The notes below the pieces were generated by a model. It saw only the letters and a program-made list of their open reading frames with translations. It was not told the origin of the DNA and did no database searches. Position numbers and translations under genes: made by a program. Below, piece after piece: positions 41,001 through 59,000 of a stretch of 64,000 bases of DNA. The stretch is from the NCBI GenBank assembly GCA_964016885.1, contig OZ024741.1, forward strand, positions 253,332,001 through 253,396,000, given 5' to 3'. Numbering within the stretch: position 1 is the first letter of the stretch; each line of letters begins with the position of its first letter. This stretch comes from Eledone cirrhosa. Lineage: Eukaryota.

Positions 41001-44000
41001 CATACCATCAATATAACTAATGGCTACCATACCAGTAACACTAGTCATACCATCAATACCACTGATAACTGCCATACCATCAATATAACTAATGGCTACC
41101 ATACCATTAACACCAGTCATACCATCAATACCACTGATAACTGCCATACCATCAATATAACTAATGGCTACCATACCATTAACACCAGTCATACCATCAA
41201 TACCACTGATAACTGCCATACCATCAAGATAACTAATGGCTACCATACCATTAACACAAGTCATACAGTCAATATCACTGATAACTGCCATACCATCAAA
41301 AAAACTAATGGCTACAATGCCATTAACACCAGTCATACCATCAATACCACTGATAACTGCCATACCATCAATATAACTAATGGGTACCATACCATTAACA
41401 GCAGTCATACCATCAATAGCACTGATAACTGCCATACCATCAATATAACTAATGGCTACCATGCCATTAACACCAGTCATACCATCAATATCACTGATAA
41501 CTGCCATACCATCAATATAACTAATGGCTACCATACCATTAACACCAGTCATACCATCAATACCACTGATAACTGCCATACCATCAATATAACTAATGGC
41601 TACCAAACCATTAACACCAGTCATACCATCAATATCACTGATAACTGCCATACCATCAATATAACTAATAGCTACCATACCATTAACACCAGTCATACCA
41701 TCAATATCACTGATAACTGCCATACCATCAATATAACTAATGGCTACCATACCATTAACACCAGTCATACCATCAATATCACTGATAACTGCCATACCAT
41801 CAATATAACTAACAGCTACCATACCATTAACACCAATGATACCATCAATATCACCGATAACTGCCATACCATCAATATAAATAATGGCTACCATACCATT
41901 AACACCAGTCATACCATCAATATCACTGATAACTGCCATACCATCAATATAACTAATGGCTACCATACCATTAACACCAGTCATAGCATCAATACCACTG
42001 ATAACTGCCATACCATCAATAAAACTAATGGCTACCATACCATTAACACCATTCATACCATCAATATCACTGATAACTTCCATACCATCAATATAACTAA
42101 TGGCTACCATACCATTAACACCAGTCATACCATCAATACCACTGATAACTGCCATACCATCAATATAACTAATGGCTACCATACCATTAACACCAGTCAT
42201 ACAGTCAATATAACTGATAACTGCCATACCATAAAAAAAACTAATGGCTACCATACCATTAACACCAGTCATACCATCAATATCACTGATAACTGCCATA
42301 CCATCAATATAACTAATGGCTACCATAGCATTAACACTAGTCATACCATCAATACCAATGATAACTGCCATACCATCAATATAACTAATGGCTACCATAC
42401 CATTAACACCAGTCATACCATCAATACCACTGATAACTGCCATACCATCAATATAACTAATGGCTACCATACCATTAACACCAGTCATACCATCAATATC
42501 ACTGATAACTGCCATACCATCAATATAACTAATGGCTACCGTACCATTAACACCAGTCATACCATCAATACCACTGATAACTGCCATACCATCAATATAA
42601 CTAATGGCTACCATACCATTAACACCAGTCATACCATCAATACCACTGATAACTGCCATACCATCAATATAACTAATGGCTACCGTACCATTAACACCAG
42701 TCATACCATCAATACCACTGATAACTGCCATACCATCAATATAACTAATAGCTACCATACCATTAACACCAATCATACCATCAATATTACTGATAACTGC
42801 CATACCATCAATATAACTAATAGCTACCATACCATTAACACCAGTCATACCATCAATATCACTGATAACTGCCATACCATCAATATAACTAATGGCTACC
42901 ATACCATTAACACCAGTCATACCATCAATACCACTGATAACTGCCATACCATCAATATAACTAATGGCTACCATACCATTAACACCAGTCATACCGTCAA
43001 TACCACTGATAACTGCCATACCATCAATATAAATAATGGCTACCATACCATTAACACCAGTCATACAGTCAATATCACTGATAACTGCCATACCATCAAT
43101 ATAACTAATGGCTACCGTACCATTAACACCAGTCATACCATCAATACCACTGATAACTGCCATACCATCAATATAACTAATGGCTACCATACCATTAACA
43201 CCAGTCATACCATCAATACCACTGATAACTGCCATACCATCAATATAACTAATGGCTACCATACCATTAACACCAGTCATACCATCAATACCACTGATAA
43301 CTGCCATACCATCAATATAACTAATAGCTACCATACCATTAACACCAATCATACCATCAATATCACTGATAACTGCCATACCATCAATATAACTAATAGC
43401 TACCATACCATTAACACCAGTCATACCATCAATACCACTGATAACTGCCATACCATCAATATAACTAATGGGTACCATACCATTAACAGCAGTCATACCA
43501 TCAATGGCACTGATAACTGCCATACCATCAATATAACTAATGGCTACCATACCATTAACACCAGTCATACCATCAATATCACTGATAACTGCCATACCAT
43601 CAATATAACTAATGGCTACCATACCATTAACACCAGTCATACCATCAATACCACTGATAACTGCCATACCATCAATATAACTAATGGCTACCAAACCATT
43701 AACACCAGTCATACCATCAATATCACTGATAACTGCCATACCATCAATATAACTAATAGCTACCATACCATTAACACCAGTCATACCATCAATATCACTG
43801 ATAACTGCCATACCATCAATATAACTAATGGCTACCATACCATTAACACCAGTCATACCATCAATATCACTGATAACTGCCATACCATCAATATAACTAA
43901 TGGCTACCATACATTAACACCAGTCATAGCATCAATACCACTGATAACTGCCATACCATCAATAAAACTAATGGCTACCATACCATTAACACCAGTCATA

Positions 44001-47000
44001 CCATCAATATCACTGATAACTGCCATACCATCAATATAACTAATGGCTACCATAACATTAACACCAGTTATACCATCAATATCACTGATAACTGCCATAC
44101 CATCAATATAACTAACAGCTACCATACCATTAACACCAATGATACCATCAATATCACCGATAACTGCCATACCATCAATATAAATAATGGCTAACATACC
44201 ATTAACACCAGTCATACCATCAATATCACTGATAACTGCCATACCATCAATATAACTAATGGCTACCATACCATTAACACCAGTCATAGCATCAATACCA
44301 CTGATAACTGCCATACCATCAATAAAACTAATGGCTACCATACCATTAACACCATTCATACCATCAATATCACTGATAACTGCCATACCATCAATATAAC
44401 TAATGGCTACCATACCATTAACACCAGTCATACCATCAATACCACTGATAACTGCCATACCATCAATATAACTAATGGATACCATACCATTAACACCAGT
44501 CATACAGTCAATATAACTGATAACTGCCATACCATAAAAAAAACTAATGGCTACCATACCATTAACACCAGTCATACCATCAATATCACTGATAACTGCC
44601 ATACCATCAATATAACTAATGGCTACCATAGCATTAACACTAGTCATACCATCAATACCAATGATAACTGCCATACCATCAATATAACTAATGGCTACCA
44701 TACCATTAACACCAGTCATACCATCAATACCACTGATAACTGCCATACCATCAATATAACTAATGGCTACCATACCATTAACACCAGTCATACCATCATT
44801 ATCACTGATAACTGCCATACCATCAATATAACTAATGGCTACCGTACCATTAACACCAGTCATACCATCAATACCACTGATAACTGCCATACCATCAATA
44901 TAACTAATGGCTACCATACCATTAACACCAGTCATACCATCAATACCACTGATAACTGCCATACCATCAATATAACTAATGGCTACCATACCATTAACAC
45001 CAGTCATACCATCAATACCACTGATAACTGCCATACCATCAATATAACTAATAGCTACCATACCATTAACACCAATCATACCATCAATATTACTGATAAC
45101 TGCCATACCATCAATATAACTAATAGCTACCATACCATTAACACCAGTCATACCATCAATATCACTGATAACTGCCATACCATCAATATAACTAATGGCT
45201 ACCATACCATTAACACCAGTCATACCATCAATACCACTGATAACTGCCATACCATCAATATAACTAATGGCTACCATACCATTAACACCAGTCATACCGT
45301 CAATACCACTGATAACTGCCATACCATCAATATAAATAATGGCTACCATACCATTAACACCAGTCATACAGTCAATATCACTGATAACTGCCATACCATC
45401 AATATAACTAATGGCTACCGTACCATTAACACCAGTCATACCATCAATACCACTGATAACTGCCATACCATCAATATAACTAATGGCTACCATACCATTA
45501 ACACCAGTCATACCATCAATACCACTGATAACTGCCATACAATCAATATAACTAATGGCTACCATACCGTTAACACCAGTCATACCATCAATACCACTGA
45601 TAACTGCCATACCATCAGTAACACTAATGACTACCATACCATTAACACCAGTCATACCATCAATACCACTGATACCTGCCATACCATCAATATAACTAAT
45701 GGCTACCATAACATTAACACCAGTCATACCATTAATACCACTGATAACTGCCATACCATCAATATAACTAATGGCTACAAATACCATTAACACCAGTCAT
45801 ACCATCAATACCACTGATAACTGCCATACCATCAGTATAACTAATGGCTACCATACCATTAAAACCAGTCATACCATCAATACCACTGATAACTGCCATA
45901 CCATCAATATAACTAATGGCTACCATACCATTAACACCAGTCATACCATCAATACCACTGATAACTGTCATACCATCAGTAACACTAATGACTACAATAC
46001 CATTAACACCAGTCATACCATCAATACCACTGATACCTGCCATACCATCAATATAACTAATGGCTACCATACGATTAACACCAGTCATACCATTAATACT
46101 ACTGATAACTGCCATACCATCAATATAACTAATGGCTACCATACCATGAACACCAGTCATACCATCAATACCACTGATAACTGCCATACCATCAATATAA
46201 CTAATGGCTAGAATACCATTAACACCAGTCATACCATCAATATCACTGATAACTGCCATACCATTAACACCAGTCATACCATCAATACCACTGATAACTG
46301 CCATACCATCAATATAATTAATGACTACCATACCATTAACACCAGTCATACCATCAATACCACTTATAACTGCCATACCATCAATATAACTAATGGCTAC
46401 CATGCTATTAACACCAGTCATACCATCAATACCACTGATAACTGCCATACCATCAATATAACTAATGACTACCATACCATTAACACCAGTCATACCATCA
46501 ATACCACTGATAACTGCCATACCATCAATATAACTAATGGCTACCATACCAGTAACACTAGTCATACCATCAATACCACTGATAACTGCCATACCATCAA
46601 TATAACTAATGGCTACCATACCATTAACACCAGTCATACCATCAATACCACTGATAACTGCCATACCATCAATATAACTAATGGCTACCATACCATTAAC
46701 ACCAGTCATACCATCAATACCACTGATAACTGCCATACCATCAAGATAACTAATGGCTACCATACCATTAACACAAGTCATACAGTCAATATCACTGATA
46801 ACTGCCATACCATCAAAAAAACTAATGGCTACAATGCCATTAACACCAGTCATACCATCAATACCACTGATAACTGCCATACCATCAATATAACTAATGG
46901 GTACCATACCATTAACAGCAGTCATACCATCAATAGCACTGATAACTGCCATACCATCAATATAACTAATGGCTACCATGCCATTAACACCAGTCATACC

Positions 47001-50000
47001 ATCAATATCACTGATAACTGCCATACCATCAATATAACTAATGGCTACCATACCATTAACACCAGTCATACCATCAATACCACTGATAACTGCCATACCA
47101 TCAATATAACTAATGGCTACCAAACCATTAACACCAGTCATACCATCAATATCACTGATAACTGCCATACCATCAATATAACTAATAGCTACCATACCAT
47201 TAACACCAGTCATACCATCAATATCACTGATAACTGCCATACCATCAATATAACTAATGGCTACCATACCATTAACACCAGTCATACCATCAATATCACT
47301 GATAACTGCCATACCATCAATATAACTAACAGCTACCATACCATTAACACCAATGATACCATCAATATCACCGATAACTGCCATACCATCAATATAAATA
47401 ATGGCTACCATACCATTAACACCAGTCATACCATCAATATCACTGATAACTGCCATACCATCAATATAACTAATGGCTACCATACCATTAACACCAGTCA
47501 TAGCATCAATACCACTGATAACTGCCATACCATCAATAAAACTAATGGCTACCATACCATTAACACCATTCATACCATCAATATCACTGATAACTTCCAT
47601 ACCATCAATATAACTAATGGCTACCATACCATTAACACCAGTCATACCATCAATACCACTGATAACTGCCATACCATCAATATAACTAATGGCTACCATA
47701 CCATTAACACCAGTCATACAGTCAATATAACTGATAACTGCCATACCATAAAAAAAACTAATGGCTACCATACCATTAACACCAGTCATACCATCAATGT
47801 CACTGATAACTGCCATACCATCAATATAACTAATGGCTACCATAGCATTAACACTAGTCATACCATCAATACCAATGATAACTGCCATACCATCAATATA
47901 ACTAATGGCTACCATACCATTAACACCAGTCATACCATCAATACCACTGATAACTGCCATACCATCAATATAACTAATGGCTACCATACCATTAACACCA
48001 GTCATACCATCAATATCACTGATAACTGCCATACCATCAATATAACTAATGGCTACCGTACCATTAACACCAGTCATACCATCAATACCACTGATAACTG
48101 CCATACCATCAATATAACTAATGGCTACCATACCATTAACACCAGTCATACCATCAATACCACTGATAACTGCCATACCATCAATATAACTAATGGCTAC
48201 CATACCATTAACACCAGTCATACCATCAATACCACTGATAACTGCCATACCATCAATATAACTAATAGCTACCATACCATTAACACCAATCATACCATCA
48301 ATATTACTGATAACTGCCATACCATCAATATAACTAATAGCTACCATACCATTAACACCAGTCATACCATCAATATCACTGATAACTGCCATACCATCAA
48401 TATAACTAATGGCTACCATACCATTAACACCAGTCATACCATCAATACCACTGATAACTGCCATACCATCAATATAACTAATGGCTACCATACCATTAAC
48501 ACCAGTCATACCGTCAATACCACTGATAACTGCCATACCATCAATATAAATAATGGCTACCATACCATTAACACCAGTCATACAGTCAATATCACTGATA
48601 ACTGCCATACCATCAATATAACTAATGGCTACCGTACCATTAACACCAGTCATACCATCAATACCACTGATAACTGCCATACCATCAATATAACTAATGG
48701 CTACCATACCATTAACACCAGTCATACCATCAATACCACTGATAACTGCCATACCATCAATATAACTAATGGCTACCATACCATTAACACCAGTCATACC
48801 ATCAATACCACTGATAACTGCCATACCATCAATATAACTAATAGCTACCATACCATTAACACCAATCATACCATCAATATCACTGATAACTGCCATACCA
48901 TCAATATAACTAATAGCTACCATACCATTAACACCAGTCATACCATCAATATCACTGATAACTGCCATACCATCAATATAACTAATGGCTACCATACCAT
49001 TAACACCAGTCATACCATCAATACCACTGATAACTGCCATACCATCAATATAACTAATGGCTACCATACCATTAACACCAGTCATACCATCAATACCACT
49101 GATAACTGCCATACCATCAATATAACTAATGGCTACCATACCATTAACACCAGTCATACAGTCAATATCACTGATAACTGCCATACCATCAAAAAACCTA
49201 ATGGCTACAATACCATTAACACCAGTCATACCATCAATACCACTGATAACTGCCATACCATCAATATAACTAATGGGTACCATACCATTAACAGCAGTCA
49301 TACCATCAATGGCACTGATAACTGCCATACCATCAATATAACTAATGGCTACCATACCATTAACACCAGTCATACCATCAATATCACTGATAACTGCCAT
49401 ACCATCAATATAACTAATGGCTACCATACCATTAACACCAGTCATACCATCAATACCACTGATAACTGCCATACCATCAATATAACTAATGGCTACCAAA
49501 CCATTAACACCAGTCATACCATCAATATCACTGATAACTGCCATACCATCAATATAACTAATAGCTACCATACCATTAACACCAGTCATACCATCAATAT
49601 CACTGATAACTGCCATACCATCAATATAACTAATGGCTACCATACCATTAACACCAGTCATACCATCAATATCACTGATAACTGCCATACCATCAATATA
49701 ACTAATGGCTACCATACATTAACACCAGTCATAGCATCAATACCACTGATAACTGCCATACCATCAATAAAACTAATGGCTACCATACCATTAACACCAG
49801 TCATACCATCAATATCACTGATAACTGCCATACCATCAATATAACTAATGGCTACCATAACATTAACACCAGTTATACCATCAATATCACTGATAACTGC
49901 CATACCATCAATATAACTAACAGCTACCATACCATTAACACCAATGATACCATCAATATCACCGATAACTGCCATACCATCAATATAAATAATGGCTAAC

Positions 50001-53000
50001 ATACCATTAACACCAGTCATACCATCAATATCACTGATAACTGCCATACCATCAATATAACTAATGGCTACCATACCATTAACACCAGTCATAGCATCAA
50101 TACCACTGATAACTGCCATACCATCAATAAAACTAATGGCTACCATACCATTAACACCATTCATACCATCAATATCACTGATAACTGCCATACCATCAAT
50201 ATAACTAATGGCTACCATACCATTAACACCAGTCATACCATCAATACCACTGATAACTGCCATACCATCAATATAACTAATGGATACCATACCATTAACA
50301 CCAGTCATACAGTCAATATAACTGATAACTGCCATACCATAAAAAAAACTAATGGCTACCATACCATTAACACCAGTCATACCATCAATATCACTGATAA
50401 CTGCCATACCATCAATATAACTAATGGCTACCATAGCATTAACACTAGTCATACCATCAATACCAATGATAACTGCCATACCATCAATATAACTAATGGC
50501 TACCATACCATTAACACCAGTCATACCATCAATACCACTGATAACTGCCATACCATCAATATAACTAATGGCTACCATACCATTAACACCAGTCATACCA
50601 TCATTATCACTGATAACTGCCATACCATCAATATAACTAATGGCTACCGTACCATTAACACCAGTCATACCATCAATACCACTGATAACTGCCATACCAT
50701 CAATATAACTAATGGCTACCATACCATTAACACCAGTCATACCATCAATACCACTGATAACTGCCATACCATCAATATAACTAATGGCTACCATACCATT
50801 AACACCAGTCATACCATCAATACCACTGATAACTGCCATACCATCAATATAACTAATAGCTACCATACCATTAACACCAATCATACCATCAATATTACTG
50901 ATAACTGCCATACCATCAATATAACTAATAGCTACCATACCATTAACACCAGTCATACCATCAATATCACTGATAACTGCCATACCATCAATATAACTAA
51001 TGGCTACCATACCATTAACACCAGTCATACCATCAATACCACTGATAACTGCCATACCATCAATATAACTAATGGCTACCATACCATTAACACCAGTCAT
51101 ACCGTCAATACCACTGATAACTGCCATACCATCAATATAAATAATGGCTACCATACCATTAACACCAGTCATACAGTCAATATCACTGATAACTGCCATA
51201 CCATCAATATAACTAATGGCTACCGTACCATTAACACCAGTCATACCATCAATACCACTGATAACTGCCATACCATCAATATAACTAATGGCTACCATAC
51301 CATTAACACCAGTCATACCATCAATACCACTGATAACTGCCATACCATCAATATAACTAATGGCTACCATACCATTAACACCAGTCATACCATCAATACC
51401 ACTGATAACTGCCATACCATCAATATAACTAATAGCTACCATACCATTAACACCAATCATACCATCAATATCACTGATAACTGCCATACCATCAATATAA
51501 CTAATAGCTACCATACCATTAACACCAGTCATACCATCAATATCACTGATAACTGCCATACCATCAATATAACTAATGGCTACCATACCATTAACACCAG
51601 TCATACCATCAATACCACTGATAACTGCCATACCATCAATATAAGTAATGGCTACCATACCATTAACACCAGTCATACCATCAATACCACTGATAACTGC
51701 CATACCATCAATATAACTAATGGCTACCATACCATTAACACCAGTCATACAGTCAATATCACTGATAACTGCCATACCATCAAAAAACCTAATGGCTACA
51801 ATACCATTAACACCAGTCATACCATCAATACCACTGATAACTGCCATACCATCAATATAACTAATGGGTACCATACCATTAACAGCAGTCATACCATCAA
51901 TGGCACTGATAACTGCCATACCATCAATATAACTAATGGCTACCATAACATTAACACCAGTCATACCATCAATATCACTGATAACTGCCATACCATCAAT
52001 ATAACTAATGGCTACCATACCATTAACACCAGTCATACCATCAATACCACTGATAACTGCCATACCATCAATATAACTAATGGCTACCAAACCATTAACA
52101 CCAGTCATACCATCAATATCACTGATAACTGCCATACCATCAATATAACTAATAGCTACCATACCATTAACACCAGTCATACCATCAATATCACTGATAA
52201 CTGCCATACCATCAATATAACTAATGGCTACCATACCATTAACACCAGTCATACCATCAATATCACTGATAACTGCCATACCATCAATATAACTAATGGC
52301 TACCATACATTAACACCAGTCATAGCATCAATACCACTGATAACTGCCATACCATCAATAAAACTAATGGCTACCATACCATTAACACCAGTCATACCAT
52401 CAATATCACTGATAACTGCCATACCATCAATATAACTAATGGCTACCATAACATTAACACCAGTTATACCATCAATATCACTGACAACTGCCATACCATC
52501 AATATAACTAATGGCTACCATACCATTAACACCACTCATACCATCAATACCACTGATAACTGCCATACCATCAATATAACTAATAGCTACCATACCATTA
52601 ACACCAGTCATACCATCAATATCACTGATAACTGCCATACCATCAATATAACTAATGGCTACCATACCATTAACACCAGTCATACCATCAATATCACTGA
52701 TAACTGCCATACCATCAATATAACTAATGGCTACCATACCATTAACACCAGTCATACCATCAATATCACTGATAACTGCCATACCATCAATATAACTAAT
52801 AGCTACCATACCATTAACACCAATGATACCATCAATATCACTGATAACTGCCATACCATCAATATAACTAATAGCTACCATACCATTAACACCAATGATA
52901 CCATCAATATCACTGATAACTGCCATACCATCAATATAACTAATGGCTACCATACCATTAACACCAGTCATACCATCAATATCACTGATAACTGCCATAC

Positions 53001-56000
53001 CATCAATATAACTAATGGCTACCATACCATTAACACCAGTCATACCATCAATACCACTGATAACTGCCATACCATCAATATAAATAATGGCTACCATACC
53101 ATTAACACCAGTCATACCATCAATACCACTGATAACTGCCATACCATCAATATAACTAATGGCTACCATACCATTAACACCAGTCATACAGTCAATATCA
53201 CTGATAACTGCCATACCATCAATATAACTAATGGCTACCGTACCATTAACACCAGTCATACCATCAATACCACTGATAACTGCCATACCATCAATATAAC
53301 TAATGGCTACCATACCATTAACACCAGTCATACCATCAATACCACTGATAACTGCCATACCATCAATATAACTAATGGCTACCATACCATTAACACCAGT
53401 CATACCATCAATACCACTGATAACTGCCATACCATCAATATAACTAATGGCTACCATACCATTAACACCAGTCATACCATCAATACCACTGATAACTGCC
53501 ATACCATCAATATAACTAATAACTACCATACCATTAACACCAATCATACCATCAATATCACTGATAACTGCCATACCATCAATATAACTAATAGCTACCA
53601 TACCATTAACACCGGTCATACCATCAATATCACTGATAACTGCCATACCATCAATATAACTAATGGCTACCATACCATTAACACCAGTCATACCATCAAT
53701 ACCACTGATAACTGCCATACCATCAATATAACTAATGGCTACCATACCATTAACACCAGTCATACAGTCAATATCACTGATAACTGCCATACCATCAAAA
53801 AAACTAATGGCTACAATACCATTAACACCAGTCATACCATCAATACCACTGATAACTGCCATACCATCAATATAACTAATGGGTACCATACCATTAACAG
53901 CAGTCATACCATCAATGGCACTGATAACTGCCATACCATCAATATAACTAATGGCTACCATACCATTAACACCAGTCATACCATCAATATCACTGATAAC
54001 TGCCATACCATCAATATAACTAATGGCTACCATACCATTAACACCAGTCATACCATCAATACCACTGATAACTGCCATACCATCAATATAACTAATGGCT
54101 ACCAAACCATTAACACCAGTCATACCATCAATATCACTGATAACTGCCATACCATCAATATAACTAATAGCTACCATACCATTAACACCAGTCATACCAT
54201 CAATATCACTGATAACTGACATACCATCAATATAACTAATGGCTACCATACCATTAACACCAGTCATACCATCAATATCACTGATAACTGCCATACCATC
54301 AATATAACTAATGGCTACCATACATTAACACCAGTCATAGCATCAATACCACTGATAACTGCCATACCATCAATAAAACTAATGGCTACCATACCATTAA
54401 CACCAGTCATACCATCAATATCACTGATAACTGCCATACCATCAATATAACTAATGGCTACCATAACATTAACACCAGTCATACCATCAATATCACTGAT
54501 AACTGCCATACCATCAATATAACTAATGGCTACCATACCATTAACACCACTCATACCATCAATACCACTGATAACTGCCATACCATCAATATAACTAATA
54601 GCTACCATACCATTAACACCAGTCATACCATCAATATCACTGATAACTGCCATACCATCAATATAACTAATGGCTACCATACCATTAACACCAGTCATAC
54701 CATCAATATCACTGATAACTGCCATACCATCAATATAACTAATGGCTACCATACCATTAACACCAGTCATACCATCAATATCACTGATAACTGCCATACC
54801 ATCAATATAACTAATAGCTACCATACCATTAACACCAATGATACCATCAATATCACTGATAACTGCCATACCATCAATATAACTAATAGCTACCATACCA
54901 TTAACACCAATGATACCATCAATATCACTGATAACTGCCATACCATCAATATAACTAATGGCTACCATACCATTAACACCAGTCATACCATCAATATCAC
55001 TGATAACTGCCATACCATCAATATAACTACTGGCTACCATACCATTAACACCAGTCATACCATCAATACCACTGATAACTGCCATACCATCAATATAAAT
55101 GGCTACCATACCATTAACACCAGTCATACCATCAATACCACTGATAACTGCCATACCATCAATATAACTAATGGCTACCATACCATTAACACCAGTCATA
55201 CAGTCAATATCACTGATAACTGCCATACCATCAATATAACTAATGGCTACCGTACCATTAACACCAGTCATACCATCAATACCACTGATAACTGCCATAC
55301 CATCAATATAACTAATGGCTACCATACCATTAACACCAGTCATACCATCAATACCACTGATAACTGCCATACCATCAATATAACTAATGGCTACCATACC
55401 ATTAACACCAATGATACCATCAATATCACTGATAACTGCCATACCATCAATATAACTAATGGCTACCATACCATTAACACCAGTCATACCATCAATATCA
55501 CTGATAACTGCCATACCATCAACATAACTAATGGCTACCATACCATTAACACCAGTCATACCATCAATACCACTGATAACTGCCATACCATCAATATAAA
55601 TAATGGCTACCATACCATTAACACCAGTCATACCATCAATACCACTGATAACTGCCATACCATCAATATAACTAATGGCTACCATACCATTAACACCAGT
55701 CATACAGTCAATATCACTGATAACTGCCATACCATCAATATAACTAATGGCTACCGTACCATTAACACCAGTCATACCATCAATACCACTGATAACTGCC
55801 ATACCATCAATATAACTAATGGCTACCATACCATTAACACCAGTCATACCATCAATACCACTGATAACTGCCATACCATCAATATAACTAATGGCTACCA
55901 TACCATTAACACCAGTCATACAGTCAATATCACTGATAACTGCCATACCATCAATATAACTAATGGCTACCGTACCATTAACACCAGTCATACCATCAAT

Positions 56001-59000
56001 ACCACTGATAACTGCCATACCATCAATATAACTAATGGCTACCATACCATTAACACCAGTCATACCATCAATACCACTGATAACTGCCATACCATCAATA
56101 TAACTAATGGCTACCATACCATTAACACCAGTCATACCATCAATACCACTGATAACTGCCATACCATCAATATAACTAATAACTACCATACCATTAACAC
56201 CAATCATACCATCAATATCACTGATAACTGCCATACCATCAATATAACTAATAGCTACCATACCATTAACACCGGTCATACCATCAATATCACTGATAAC
56301 TGCCATACCATCAATATAACTAATGGCTACCATACCATTAACACCAGTCATACCATCAATACCACTGATAACTGCCATACCATCAATATAACTAATGGCT
56401 ACCATACCATTAACACCAGTCATACAGTCAATATCACTGATAACTGCCATACCATCAAAAAAACTAATGGCTACAATACCATTAACACCAGTCATACCAT
56501 CAATACCACTGATAACTGCCATACCATCAATATAACTAATGGGTACCATACAATTAACAGCAGTCATACCATCAATGGCACTGATAACTGCCATACCATC
56601 AATATAACTAATGGCTACCATACCATTAACACCAGTCATACCATCAATATCACTGATAACTGCCATACCATCAATATAACTAATGGCTACCATACCATTA
56701 ACACCAGTCATACCATCAATACCACTGATAACTGCCATACCATCAATATAACTAATGGCTACCAAACCATTAACACCAGTCATACCATCAATATCACTGA
56801 TAACTGCCATACCATCAATATAACTAATAGCTACCATACCATTAACACCAGTCATACCATCAATATCACTGATAACTGCCATACCATCAATATAACTAAT
56901 GGCTACCATACCATTAACACCAGTCATACCATCAATATCACTGATAACTGCCATACCATCAATATAACTAATGGCTACCATACATTAACACCAGTCATAG
57001 CATCAATACCACTGATAACTGCCATACCATCAATAAAACTAATGGCTACCATACCATTAACACCAGTCATACCATCAATATCACTGATAACTGCCATACC
57101 ATCAATATAACTAATGGCTACCATAACATTAACACCAGTCATACCATCAATATCACTGATAACTGCCATACCATCAATATAACTAATGGCTACCATACCA
57201 TTAACACCACTCATACCATCAATACCACTGATAACTGCCATACCATCAATATAACTAATAGCTACCATACCATTAACACCAGTCATACCATCAATATCAC
57301 TGATAACTGCCATACCATCAATATAACTAATGGCTACCATACCATTAACACCAGTCATACCATCAATATCACTGATAACTGCCATACCATCAATATAACT
57401 AATGGCTACCATACCATTAACACCAGTCATACCATCAATATCACTGATAACTGCCATACCATCAATATAACTAATAGCTACCATACCATTAACACCAATG
57501 ATACCATCAATATCACTGATAACTGCCATACCATCAATATAACTAATAGCTACCATACCATTAACACCAATGATACCATCAATATCACTGATAACTGCCA
57601 TACCATCAATATAACTAATGGCTACCATACCATTAACACCAGTCATACCATCAATATCACTGATAACTGCCATACCATCAATATAACTACTGGCTACCAT
57701 ACCATTAACACCAGTCATACCATCAATACCACTGATAACTGCCATACCATCAATATAAATAATGGCTACCATACCATTAACACCAGTCATACCATCAATA
57801 CCACTGATAACTGCCATACCATCAATATAACTAATGGCTACCATACCATTAACACCAGTCATACAGTCAATATCACTGATAACTGCCATACCATCAATAT
57901 AACTAATGGCTACCGTACCATTAACACCAGTCATACCATCAATACCACTGATAACTGCCATACCATCAATATAACTAATGGCTACCATACCATTAACACC
58001 AGTCATACCATCAATACCACTGATAACTGCCATACCATCAATATAACTAATGGCTACCATACCATTAACACCAGTCATACAGTCAATATCACTGATAACT
58101 GCCATACCATCAATATAACTAATGGCTACCGTACCATTAACACCAGTCATACCATCAATACCACTGATAACTGCCATACCATCAATATAACTAATGGCTA
58201 CCATACCATTAACACCAGTCATACTATCAATACCACTGATAACTGCCATACCATCAATATAACTAATGGCTACCATACCATTAACACCAGTCATACCATC
58301 AATACCACTGATAACTGCCATACCATCAATATAACTAATAACTACCATACCATTAACACCAATCATACCATCAATATCACTGATAACTGCCATACCATCA
58401 ATATAACTAATAGCTACCATACCATTAACACCGGTCATACCATCAATATCACTGATAACTGCCATACCATCAATATAACTAATGGCTACCATACCATTAA
58501 CACCAGTCATACCATCAATACCACTGATAACTGCCATACCATCAATATAACTAATGGCTACCATACCATTAACACCAGTCATACCATCAATACCACTGAT
58601 AACTGCCATACCATCAATATAACTAATGGCTACCATACCATTAACACCAGTCATACGGTCAATATCACTGATAACTGCCATACCATCAATATAACTAATA
58701 GCTACCAAACCATTAACACCAGTCATACCATCAATATCACTGATAACTGCCATACCATCAATATAACTAATGGCTACCATACCATTAACACCACTCATAC
58801 CATCAATACCACTGATAACTGCCATACCATCAATATAACAAATAGCTACCATACCATTAACACCAGTCATACCATCAATATCACTGATAACTGCCATACC
58901 ATCAATATAACTAATGGGTACCATACCATTAACAGCAGTCATACCATCAATAGCACTGATGACTGCCATACCATCAATATAACTAATGGCTACCATACCA

